From an uncultured Bacilli bacterium (GTDB lineage Bacteria; Bacillota_I; Bacilli_A; RF39; UBA660), in assembly GCA_944332475.1 (NCBI GenBank), contig CALVKA010000002.1, forward strand, positions 71,147 through 135,146: a DNA stretch of 64,000 bases, written 5' to 3'. The translations under genes were made by a program, and so were the position numbers. Positions 27,530 to 35,894 of this stretch are shown one piece after another. The notes beneath the pieces are model-generated. The model did not search any database, was not told the origin of the DNA, and was given only the letters and a program-made list of their open reading frames with translations. Within the stretch, counting starts at the first letter, position 1. Every line of letters starts with the position of its first letter.

Positions 27530-28975
27530 CTATTCTAAATTACCTAAAGAATTAAAATCGACTGGCGTTGTAACACCACTACCCTCTGATGATGTAGGAA
27601 CAATACCAACCGACGATGATGTTTCAGCTGCAACACTAGGTGTAGGAGCATTATCCACAGACGGTGTAGAAGCTGCTACAACCGAAGCACTAGGTGTAAC
27701 TGTAACCGTTGAAACACCAGCAGTAGACTGAGCACTGACATCATTAGAAGGAACAGTCTGAGCTACAGGTTGTTGCACAGTAGATTGGACAACTGGAGTG
27801 ATATTAGCTACCTGAGGAACAGAAGAATTAGTAGTAACTTGGGAATTCTCATCCGAAGTAGCTGGATGCTCCTCCATATACTCTTCCCTTTCTTCATCAT
27901 CATGAAAAGGCAAATCATCACTTAAATGCTCTGTAATAGCATTAATATCAATATTTTGGTTTTCCAAATATTCAATTAAATGTGGACTTGGTTTTCTCAT
28001 TACAGGCTCTTGATTAAATAGTTTTTGATAAATAATTCTAGTCTGAGGTTTATTATTTTCATCTACATAAAATTCACAAACCTCATCCACTTCACGATGG
28101 AATTTACCTAATTTTTTACTATAATAAGCTTTAATATGAACACCAATCTGAATATAACGATAAATCGTATTCAAAAACTGATTAACATCCAAATCCGTTT
28201 CCATCAAACTATACATACGATAAGGAATAGCAGTTGCTTTATCGGCATGAATAGTAGACAAAATATTATGTCCAGATGAAATAGAGTTACGAACAGCAGA
28301 AACAGCTTCTGCACTACGAACTTCGGATAACAATATCCACTTTGGATTCTGACGCATACAGGTAACTAATACATCCGTATAACTAGCAACATTATTTGTC
28401 TTCATCGCAACAATATCACGTTGAGGAAAGATTTTATCCAAATGAAGCTCCAAAGTATCCTCAATTGTAATAATCTTTTCCTCTGTACGTGTATGACTCG
28501 CTAAATATTTAACAAACTCTGTTTTACCAGAACCAGTTTCACCACAGACAATAATATTACAATGACCTTCAACACATTTAATCAAAATATCATGTATATC
28601 CTGAGTAAAATACTCATCTTTTAACAATTTATCTTTTTCCAATCGAATCTTAGCAGGAGTCTTACGAATAACCATAGCAATTCCATTCGTCGCAATCGAA
28701 GGATGTACAAAGTTTAAACGTAACTCTGCAGATTCAGCATCCAAAAAAGGCTTAGCATTATTAAATGTTGTTCCCATAACATTAGAACATTGAAAAGCCA
28801 ATTTTTCAATAAATTCCGGGGTCAATCCCTGAACCTCTACTCTAAGAGATCCTTGAGTTAGAGAACGTACCCAAGTTTGCCCATTATTATCAAAGGAAAT
28901 ATCTGTAATATCATCATTATCCAATAATGGCCGTAATGGTCCGAAATCTAACTTATCAAAAATATTCTCGTTCAT
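27530..28975 (-). CDS. CpaF/TadA-family secretion ATPase (VirB11/PilT superfamily) with a Ser/Thr/Val/Pro-rich C-terminal tail of about 110 aa
   Basis: 481 aa. Walker A GETGSGKTEF, Walker B ILLSEVR, His box LSTIHADKA. The tail reads ...TSDENSQVTTNSSVPQVANITPVVQSTVQQPVAQTVPSNDVSAQSTAGVSTVTVTPSASVVAASTPSVDNAPTPSVAAETSSSVGIVPTSSEGSGVTTPVDFNSLGNLE. Confidence 0.85.
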   Translation of the reverse strand: MNENIFDKLDFGPLRPLLDNDDITDISFDNNGQTWVRSLTQGSLRVEVQGLTPEFIEKLAFQCSNVMGTTFNNAKPFLDAESAELRLNFVHPSIATNGIAMVIRKTPAKIRLEKDKLLKDEYFTQDIHDILIKCVEGHCNIIVCGETGSGKTEFVKYLASHTRTEEKIITIEDTLELHLDKIFPQRDIVAMKTNNVASYTDVLVTCMRQNPKWILLSEVRSAEAVSAVRNSISSGHNILSTIHADKATAIPYRMYSLMETDLDVNQFLNTIYRYIQIGVHIKAYYSKKLGKFHREVDEVCEFYVDENNKPQTRIIYQKLFNQEPVMRKPSPHLIEYLENQNIDINAITEHLSDDLPFHDDEEREEYMEEHPATSDENSQVTTNSSVPQVANITPVVQSTVQQPVAQTVPSNDVSAQSTAGVSTVTVTPSASVVAASTPSVDNAPTPSVAAETSSSVGIVPTSSEGSGVTTPVDFNSLGNLE

Positions 28976-29005
28976 CTAACCCATCTCCTCTTTATTCTTC
29001 AAAAT

Positions 29006-29824
29006 CTATCCAATACTTTCATCCCAATAAGTATGAGTATTAATCCAATCACGTAGATATTCACTACTCAACTCTAAATCATCAGGTTCATCTTGTAAGC
29101 TCTCATTCGTTGGAACTGGAACAAGTTCAGTATCATATAAATTCAAATAACTAGCCTTCTTAAGCAAGACATAATAATCTTCAGGCAAAGCAAATATAAG
29201 CATAGCTGGAGTTCTCTGTTCATCTAAATTAGAAAATACTGCTTGACCAGAAGAATCTCTAACAGCTAGCACTTGAACGTTAGAGATAAATTTACTATAT
29301 CCTAACAATTCACTTTCATCAGATGATGTTGCTACTTGATTCTCAACACCTTTTAATGTAATTCTTAAGTAAATATCAATATAGTTTCCTGGATAAATAG
29401 AGTTACCATAAGTAGACTCAATATCAACAGGCATATTATATAGAACATAACCTTTTGGATAATCCAAAATAATATTAGCAGGTAATTGTTCCTTCTCAAC
29501 AACTTGTCTACTATAAAATAAACTACCCTCAGGAATCAAAGTATCTGCATTTGAATATTTATCAATAATATCTGCAGAATTTGTTAAAACGTCCCCTTCA
29601 AGCATAGAAGGAGGAACCTCCATTGTCCCTACCATATCTTCAGTAATCTGAGTTCCAGGACTTATTTGCTGTGTAGCATAAGGAACTGCAATCGGATTAA
29701 CTGCTGCTTGAACTCTCATATTATAGGCAATATATAATACCAAAACAGCAACCACTACACCAACAACAGTTACGGTATTTTTATTAGATAAAAACTTTTT
29801 TATTCCGACACTGATATTTCCCAT
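29006..29824 (-). CDS. CpaB/RcpC-like Flp pilus assembly protein (SAF-like domain)
   Basis: 272 aa. N-terminal TM. ...ISPGTQITEDMVGTMEVPPSML.GDVL... is CpaB-like. It lies immediately upstream of the ATPase, as in tad loci. Confidence 0.5.
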   Translation of the reverse strand: MGNISVGIKKFLSNKNTVTVVGVVVAVLVLYIAYNMRVQAAVNPIAVPYATQQISPGTQITEDMVGTMEVPPSMLEGDVLTNSADIIDKYSNADTLIPEGSLFYSRQVVEKEQLPANIILDYPKGYVLYNMPVDIESTYGNSIYPGNYIDIYLRITLKGVENQVATSSDESELLGYSKFISNVQVLAVRDSSGQAVFSNLDEQRTPAMLIFALPEDYYVLLKKASYLNLYDTELVPVPTNESLQDEPDDLELSSEYLRDWINTHTYWDESIG

Positions 29825-29850
29825 TTTATCCTCTCCTTTCTTTATATGCT

Positions 29851-30318
29851 CTATCTAGCATCAATAGATTTACCAAAGTCACTATCTGTATTTTCTAGTT
29901 CGTTGGAAACCAAAGGATCATAATCATATGTATTTTCCAAAATAGCATCGACTTGAGTACTCATTTCCAAATTATCGCCTTCAAAACTTAATACGGTAGA
30001 AGAGTCGACTTTAACACTTACTTTAGGTGGAACTTCATTCAAATCATAAAAAGACAAATGATAATTTCTTGTAGTATCAACAGAATCAGCAAATCTTCTA
30101 ATAAAACTTTCCACAAACTTTTCTTTGTCCATACGAAGCAATCCATTTTCACGATAATATTTAACATCAATTGCATCAACCATAGCTGCTTCACTAGTTT
30201 CCTTCACCAGGTAGTAATCTAACTCACTACCTGATGAATAATTGGAAATAATATTTATCATCAACAAAGTTGCCAAACTTAGAATAATAATACCAACAGT
30301 TAACATCGCTTTATTCAT
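29851..30318 (-). CDS. small membrane-anchored protein (possible minor pilin or assembly factor)
   Basis: 155 aa. N-terminal TM MLTVGIIILSLATLLMINIISNY. Confidence 0.45.
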   Translation of the reverse strand: MNKAMLTVGIIILSLATLLMINIISNYSSGSELDYYLVKETSEAAMVDAIDVKYYRENGLLRMDKEKFVESFIRRFADSVDTTRNYHLSFYDLNEVPPKVSVKVDSSTVLSFEGDNLEMSTQVDAILENTYDYDPLVSNELENTDSDFGKSIDAR

Positions 30319-30324
30319 AAGTTA

Positions 30325-33255
30325 TTATGCCCCCTCTCCTTCATTATTAACACCAGGTGTACCACGTTCTAATACAACACTACTACCAAGATCTGTTAAT
30401 AAATCACTAACATAAGAAGTTACACCATTTTTATTTGTAGTATCCCCACCATAATCTGTATAACCATCCATCTCAGCATTATACTCTCTAATATTCCTTA
30501 AAATCTCTGTACTCAATTCAATTTCATAATCCAAATATTTATCATTGCCATAAATTGAATTACCACGTTCTTGAATCGTATTAATCAAAGCCAATGGATT
30601 AATTATATAACCACTATTTTTATTATCCTTAAGGAAATCACTAAGATTATTAGATTCATCTATAGTAGTTGTACCTAGTGTCCAGTTATAACCAGGTTGA
30701 CGACCAGTAGTTGTACCACCAATTACAATATTACTCTTATTAGAATCAGTAGTCGTAGAACCCTCAGGGAATAAATTATTCAAATCAACAATTCTAAATG
30801 TATAATCCCGAACTGAAGTAGTATCACAATCAGGATCTCCTGGAGTACAAGAATCTCCACCACCATCTGTCGTTGGGCATCCATTTTCATCTAAACTTGT
30901 CGTCTCATTCTTTAAGCCATAGAAACATTTAATATTAAATTCCCATCCGAAATAACCAAAATCAGAAGTAGAAGCATGAATATTATAGTTGATGGAATCT
31001 TCTATCTCGTTTCTCGTATAACAAGTATCATTTACTTCTTTCCATTCCCACCATTTAACATTCGTACTTTGAGCATCTAATGGCATACAGAACTTATCCT
31101 TTTGATAATGCCATGCACCAGAATTTTGTGGTGTACTAAATTGAATTTCACCAGTTTTATTATTGATATATGTTCCTGGAAAACTCCAAGCCGCTTCATA
31201 CCAATTTTGAGCATCACTACTGTTATAACATCCAGAATAACCATCTTCATTATCTGTATCAATAGTCAACTCTGGAATAAAGATTTCAGTACCAGAGGTA
31301 GAACCACTAGAACCATCACCATGACTCTCTAGCGTTGCATTATCAACACCAGAACTTGTCAATGGAAAGTCAACCGTAACTGTATTTCCTTCACCATTGA
31401 TATAATCAACACCAATAGTGAAAGTACCAGTCTTCGTTGTACAACTTACTCCTGCCTCACAAGTTTTTTTAGCTGCATAATATCTATCTAAATTATCAAT
31501 ATAATCTTGAGCTGCCTTAGTATCGTTCATATAACTTTGCCCTTTAGGACATCCTGTCCAATAACAAGGGTCAGCACATAACTGATTACCACGGAAATTC
31601 TGACGTTTAAATCCTTTATAATCTGGTAAATATTTTCCAATACCTCCTACATGATAATAATCATGTTCTCTACTGGTTCTACCAGCTTCATTTTCTTGAT
31701 ACCAACGACCATAAGTAGCATAGCTTCGACTACTTTTCCAATAAATTGAATTACCACTCCAATAATAATAACCATCATAGCCAGGGAAACTAGAGGCCAT
31801 TTCTTCCACTGCAGCATCACCATAACGAATCGCTAATGGGTCATAGCTAGCATCATCATCACCATAAACTTCATCATAACATTTTTGACTACATGCATCA
31901 CTATATTCTCCACCATCACAGTTCATAATACAAGTATCAAAAGTATCATTAGGACCGCCTTGATGCGTCCTACCTGGAATATAGTTACAGAACGGTGTTG
32001 GCGTACAAATAGATTTTTTCTCTGGCATAGGAACATCAAATTTTGATGAACATACAACCCTACTAGTAACTCGAACTTTATATTCGAAACATAGTCCTGC
32101 TTTAGATGCAACCGGAGCACCATACTCAACAACAACAGCCTCTTCACAAATTCTATTACAAGAACCAGCATACTCATTTTCAGGATCTTCAGCACCATCA
32201 TAATTATATGTATAATAAACTTCCTCTTTCACCTCTTCAGATGCATAATAATAGTCTTTATTTACATAGTAATCGCCGTCTTCTTCTGGCTGTAAATCCC
32301 AATCACATGCCAAATCAAAAGAACGATTAACACGACCATCTGTTGCTGTATATACATGGCCAAGAGCCTCAGCTTTAGACTTTGCATCATTAAACGCCGC
32401 ACTAAACTCAGGAGTAACTGGTGTAGATTCAGAAGAAGGGCCGGTCTTAACAATTCGAATTGCAGAAGCAATCAAAGAAACGACTTGCTCATCAGTATAA
32501 TCAAAATCAACCCATTTATTAAGACAATATGACATAATATTATTATAAGTCACTTTCTGAGTCTCACTTACTGCATTATAATTATATTTTTGAATTAATT
32601 CTTCACTAACTTTGTTACCAAAGATATCAGCATAATTAGAATATCCTTGTCCTGTTCTAAAAACAGCACAAATACCATCATAATTTGTATTTTCTACCTG
32701 CTCACGTTGATCTTTAATAGGATTTAGGGTTAACTCAACACTCATCTCATAGGTTCCGACTTTTTCACCATCAGAATTTGTAGTTGCTGCATCATAAGAC
32801 AAACATTTTTCATCAGATTCTGCCAATACAAAATTAATCGTAACAGTACCATCAGCCCCATCAGTAATTGGAATTGTAAAAGAATTATCTGAAGTCAAAT
32901 TACCAAGCTCTGTTGGTTCAACTGTAATCATATTATGATAATCAACACTATTTCCATCATCATCTACAGCACTAACACCAACAACTCTAAAACTACCATG
33001 ATTTGTACTAATAACCTGAGAATTATTAGCATCAGGAGCAACAGAAACACCATAATAAGAAGACATTGCATCAGTATTGGTACATTCTTCTCCGGTTGTC
33101 GTTGGAGCAATGGTTTCTGTTCTATTTACTTCTGCCGTCTCAGAGGAATGAAATGCATTATAAGCACTACGAACACCAATGAAAGCAGCAAAAACAAAAG
33201 CTATAAATAATACCCCTAAAATTATTCTCTTACGCTTTTTCATTGTTTTCTCCAC
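30325..33255 (-). CDS. giant secreted or anchored Cys/Tyr/Gly/Asp-rich surface protein (candidate adhesin or pilus-associated protein)
   Basis: 976 aa. Signal-anchor MKKRKRIILGVLFIAFVFAAFIGV. More than 25 Cys. No LPXTG motif and no C-terminal TM. Confidence 0.7.
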   Translation of the reverse strand: MEKTMKKRKRIILGVLFIAFVFAAFIGVRSAYNAFHSSETAEVNRTETIAPTTTGEECTNTDAMSSYYGVSVAPDANNSQVISTNHGSFRVVGVSAVDDDGNSVDYHNMITVEPTELGNLTSDNSFTIPITDGADGTVTINFVLAESDEKCLSYDAATTNSDGEKVGTYEMSVELTLNPIKDQREQVENTNYDGICAVFRTGQGYSNYADIFGNKVSEELIQKYNYNAVSETQKVTYNNIMSYCLNKWVDFDYTDEQVVSLIASAIRIVKTGPSSESTPVTPEFSAAFNDAKSKAEALGHVYTATDGRVNRSFDLACDWDLQPEEDGDYYVNKDYYYASEEVKEEVYYTYNYDGAEDPENEYAGSCNRICEEAVVVEYGAPVASKAGLCFEYKVRVTSRVVCSSKFDVPMPEKKSICTPTPFCNYIPGRTHQGGPNDTFDTCIMNCDGGEYSDACSQKCYDEVYGDDDASYDPLAIRYGDAAVEEMASSFPGYDGYYYWSGNSIYWKSSRSYATYGRWYQENEAGRTSREHDYYHVGGIGKYLPDYKGFKRQNFRGNQLCADPCYWTGCPKGQSYMNDTKAAQDYIDNLDRYYAAKKTCEAGVSCTTKTGTFTIGVDYINGEGNTVTVDFPLTSSGVDNATLESHGDGSSGSTSGTEIFIPELTIDTDNEDGYSGCYNSSDAQNWYEAAWSFPGTYINNKTGEIQFSTPQNSGAWHYQKDKFCMPLDAQSTNVKWWEWKEVNDTCYTRNEIEDSINYNIHASTSDFGYFGWEFNIKCFYGLKNETTSLDENGCPTTDGGGDSCTPGDPDCDTTSVRDYTFRIVDLNNLFPEGSTTTDSNKSNIVIGGTTTGRQPGYNWTLGTTTIDESNNLSDFLKDNKNSGYIINPLALINTIQERGNSIYGNDKYLDYEIELSTEILRNIREYNAEMDGYTDYGGDTTNKNGVTSYVSDLLTDLGSSVVLERGTPGVNNEGEGA

Positions 33256-34039
33256 CTTTCATAAGTTTATCAATTTCATCATAATTACTTGTCTTCTCTA
33301 CTCCATAATTTACTTTTGTCTCACCTTCACGAACCATTCTAGCATCAACCCGAATCTCCCGAGTCGAAAAAGCACCAAATAATCTTGTACAAGTAATTAA
33401 TGAAATCAACTTATCATTTTCATTTACATCTATATTAAACTTAAAGATACTATCTTCAAGGGATTGCTCAATATACTCTTTCATTTCTTCTTTAGTAAAA
33501 TTCTCTTCTACAAACACATCTGTATCACCATACTCTGGAAAACTAACTGCATATACTTCATATACATAATCTTTACCATTGTAAGTATATTGAATAAATT
33601 TATTATCTTTGACAAAATCCAAATATATAAAACTCATCAACGATTCAAAGCGAACAGAATCATCACTTGCCATTTTAGGATTAGCAGACAAATTGGTAAT
33701 ATTATGACCAGTAATATTAACTTTATTTAGAACCTCATCTGTTTTTACTTCATTCCAAGCAAAATTATTAGTCATACCATCGAAATCATATCCAGGTGCA
33801 TAAATAACTGGATAATCAATATTCGTACCCTGTACTCGAACCCATCCAATAGTTTCATAATTTTTTGTATCATTTTTCGCTTCCTCTTCTACTTGTTCCG
33901 CCCTTGGTTCTACAGGATAATAATCATAAAAGACAACAAATAGAATAGCACTTAATAAACATAAAAAAGATAGAATTCCTATAATGAGGAAAACTTCCTT
34001 TTTTTTCATTATTAGCTTCTCACTTCTTATTCTTCTCAT
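33230..34039 (-). CDS. sortase-family transpeptidase (class B-like), putative
   Basis: N-terminal TM. Candidate His (VNITGHNI), TLxTC-like Cys motif (LISLITCTRL) and a downstream Arg (IRVDARMV). The track start is a GTG at 34051, so the ATG at 34037 or 34009 is more likely. Confidence 0.45.
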   Translation of the reverse strand: MRRIRSEKLIMKKKEVFLIIGILSFLCLLSAILFVVFYDYYPVEPRAEQVEEEAKNDTKNYETIGWVRVQGTNIDYPVIYAPGYDFDGMTNNFAWNEVKTDEVLNKVNITGHNITNLSANPKMASDDSVRFESLMSFIYLDFVKDNKFIQYTYNGKDYVYEVYAVSFPEYGDTDVFVEENFTKEEMKEYIEQSLEDSIFKFNIDVNENDKLISLITCTRLFGAFSTREIRVDARMVREGETKVNYGVEKTSNYDEIDKLMKGGENNEKA

Positions 34040-34050
34040 GTCATCACCCA

Positions 34051-35883
34051 CTACTTCTCTATAATATATGGATCTTCAATAGTTCCTTTACCACGAACAA
34101 TAACACATTGCTTGTTAAAGAACGCTACTGGTCGAATACCAAAAGCATCATAATCATAAATTTCTCCATATAGTACTGTTCCTATATCTGACATAATTGC
34201 TTTCGTATATGCTCTTCTAGAAGAATTGATATACCAATAAGAAAGCATTGTAGAAGAATTAAAATCATGTGCACTAAACATCTCATACATATCAGGAGCA
34301 GCAAAACGAACTTTATAAGTCTTAGTTGTTGCCTCTTCTCCATATTTAATATTTCTCTTATAAATAGGAACTTCTATCTCTTTATTCACAAAATAATCAG
34401 AATCGATATATTCGGGAACTGTATTGTTAATAAAGTATCCTACATTACCTCTTTGTTCAGGATTATAAACTTTTGATTCATTATCTGTCTCATAGTAAGT
34501 TTCAACCGGATTATTTTCACTATCATAAAGCGTCGTATCTGCAATAACTTTTGTTGTTCCATCATCTTGCGAATCAACGACTCTCCATAACATACCAGAA
34601 TAAGAAACATATTCACCACTTTGTCTAGTATTCAATTTATCTCCAGCTTTACCAGTTTCGAAATCTCCAATAGAATAAGGATTATCTTCACTACCATCAC
34701 CATCAACTACTAAGGCATCACCATTAATTGTCAACGCTGGTCGAACTCCAAAGTTATAATTTCTATCAAATCCCATAAAATATGTAGTTGCAACATAATA
34801 GAAGAACGATCTAGTACCATAAGCATTCGTATCATCTTTTCCATTACTTACCCAAGAAATACTTTCAGGATATAAATAATTATAACCATCAGCATCTGTT
34901 GCTTTATTATAATCTTGAGCAGATAAGATAGATACCGGAACTTTATCCGTATAAGAACTACAATCCATAGCAGTAGAAATATTTTGATCTGTTAATGTAT
35001 CATTACAATACTTACTATATACAACATAATCTTTTGATTCATCTGCTATATGATCATAATAATATTCCAACCACTCATCAATTGCATCATAATTAACATT
35101 ACTAACATCTTGTTCAGCAACAATTCTTACATTATCACCATCAAGGCCAACAATTCTAAATACCATACCAGAAAAATACATATAGTTATTTGAAACATTT
35201 CCCTGATAAACTTTTGCGTCTCCAGTATCCTCTTTTACAACACTAGATAAAGTAGATACTACATTAACTTTTCTAACAACTTCTGTTTTATTTCTTAAGC
35301 TATCATAAGCCGTATAAGTAACATCATAAGTACCAGTAACATTCGTATTAACATCACTAGAATCAATTTCTACATCTTCAACATCCATTCTACCATCAGA
35401 GTTATCAACAACGCTTTTAACACCTAATTCTTCATACTTAGATCCACGATCAATGGTAATCTCATCATCACCATTCAAAGTAATTTCAGGGCCCTTATGA
35501 TCAACAATAGAAGAAATAATACCGCATTTTAAATAAACATAATATTTATATTCCCCATCTTCTCTTCTTACTTTTACCCAACTTTCCGTAATAGAACAAG
35601 GACTATCAGTAAGTGGAACATAAAAATCTTCTTTCAAATAAGCCTGATCAAATAACTCCTGAACACTTAAAGTTTTTACCCTAGTTCCAGTAGGCAATTG
35701 CCTTTCATTTAATTCATAATATCTCTTTGCCGCATTCTCAACTTCCCTTTCATACCCCTTAAATGTTATCAAAGGATGAATCACTAAAAACCATAAAAAC
35801 AAAGCTACAATAATGACAACACAAGCAATTTTTAAATATTTTACCAATTTCTTGTGATCAGAAACAAACTTTTTCAAATCCAT
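34051..35883 (-). CDS. membrane-anchored surface protein with an Ig-like (DUF5011-type) domain and two copies of an RPx...GxG(T/S)xExPYxI motif
   Basis: 610 aa. N-terminal TM. ...HKGPEITLNGDDEITIDRGSKYEELGVKSVVDNSDGRMDV... is Ig-like. Internal RPALTINGDALVVDGDGSEDNPYSI and C-terminal RPVAFFNKQCVIVRGKGTIEDPYIIEK. Confidence 0.65.
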   Translation of the reverse strand: MDLKKFVSDHKKLVKYLKIACVVIIVALFLWFLVIHPLITFKGYEREVENAAKRYYELNERQLPTGTRVKTLSVQELFDQAYLKEDFYVPLTDSPCSITESWVKVRREDGEYKYYVYLKCGIISSIVDHKGPEITLNGDDEITIDRGSKYEELGVKSVVDNSDGRMDVEDVEIDSSDVNTNVTGTYDVTYTAYDSLRNKTEVVRKVNVVSTLSSVVKEDTGDAKVYQGNVSNNYMYFSGMVFRIVGLDGDNVRIVAEQDVSNVNYDAIDEWLEYYYDHIADESKDYVVYSKYCNDTLTDQNISTAMDCSSYTDKVPVSILSAQDYNKATDADGYNYLYPESISWVSNGKDDTNAYGTRSFFYYVATTYFMGFDRNYNFGVRPALTINGDALVVDGDGSEDNPYSIGDFETGKAGDKLNTRQSGEYVSYSGMLWRVVDSQDDGTTKVIADTTLYDSENNPVETYYETDNESKVYNPEQRGNVGYFINNTVPEYIDSDYFVNKEIEVPIYKRNIKYGEEATTKTYKVRFAAPDMYEMFSAHDFNSSTMLSYWYINSSRRAYTKAIMSDIGTVLYGEIYDYDAFGIRPVAFFNKQCVIVRGKGTIEDPYIIEK

Positions 35884-35894
35884 AATTTCTCTCC

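Noticed and set aside
25826-28975. SpoIIIA-like sporulation channel (SpoIIIAA ATPase plus SpoIIIAB GspF-like) as an alternative to a Tad module
   Set aside because: The ATPase is about 480 aa with a CpaF-like N-domain, whereas SpoIIIAA is about 300 aa. A CpaB-like gene, a pilin-like gene and two (not one) GspF-like genes are present. There are no SpoIIIAC-AH-like genes.
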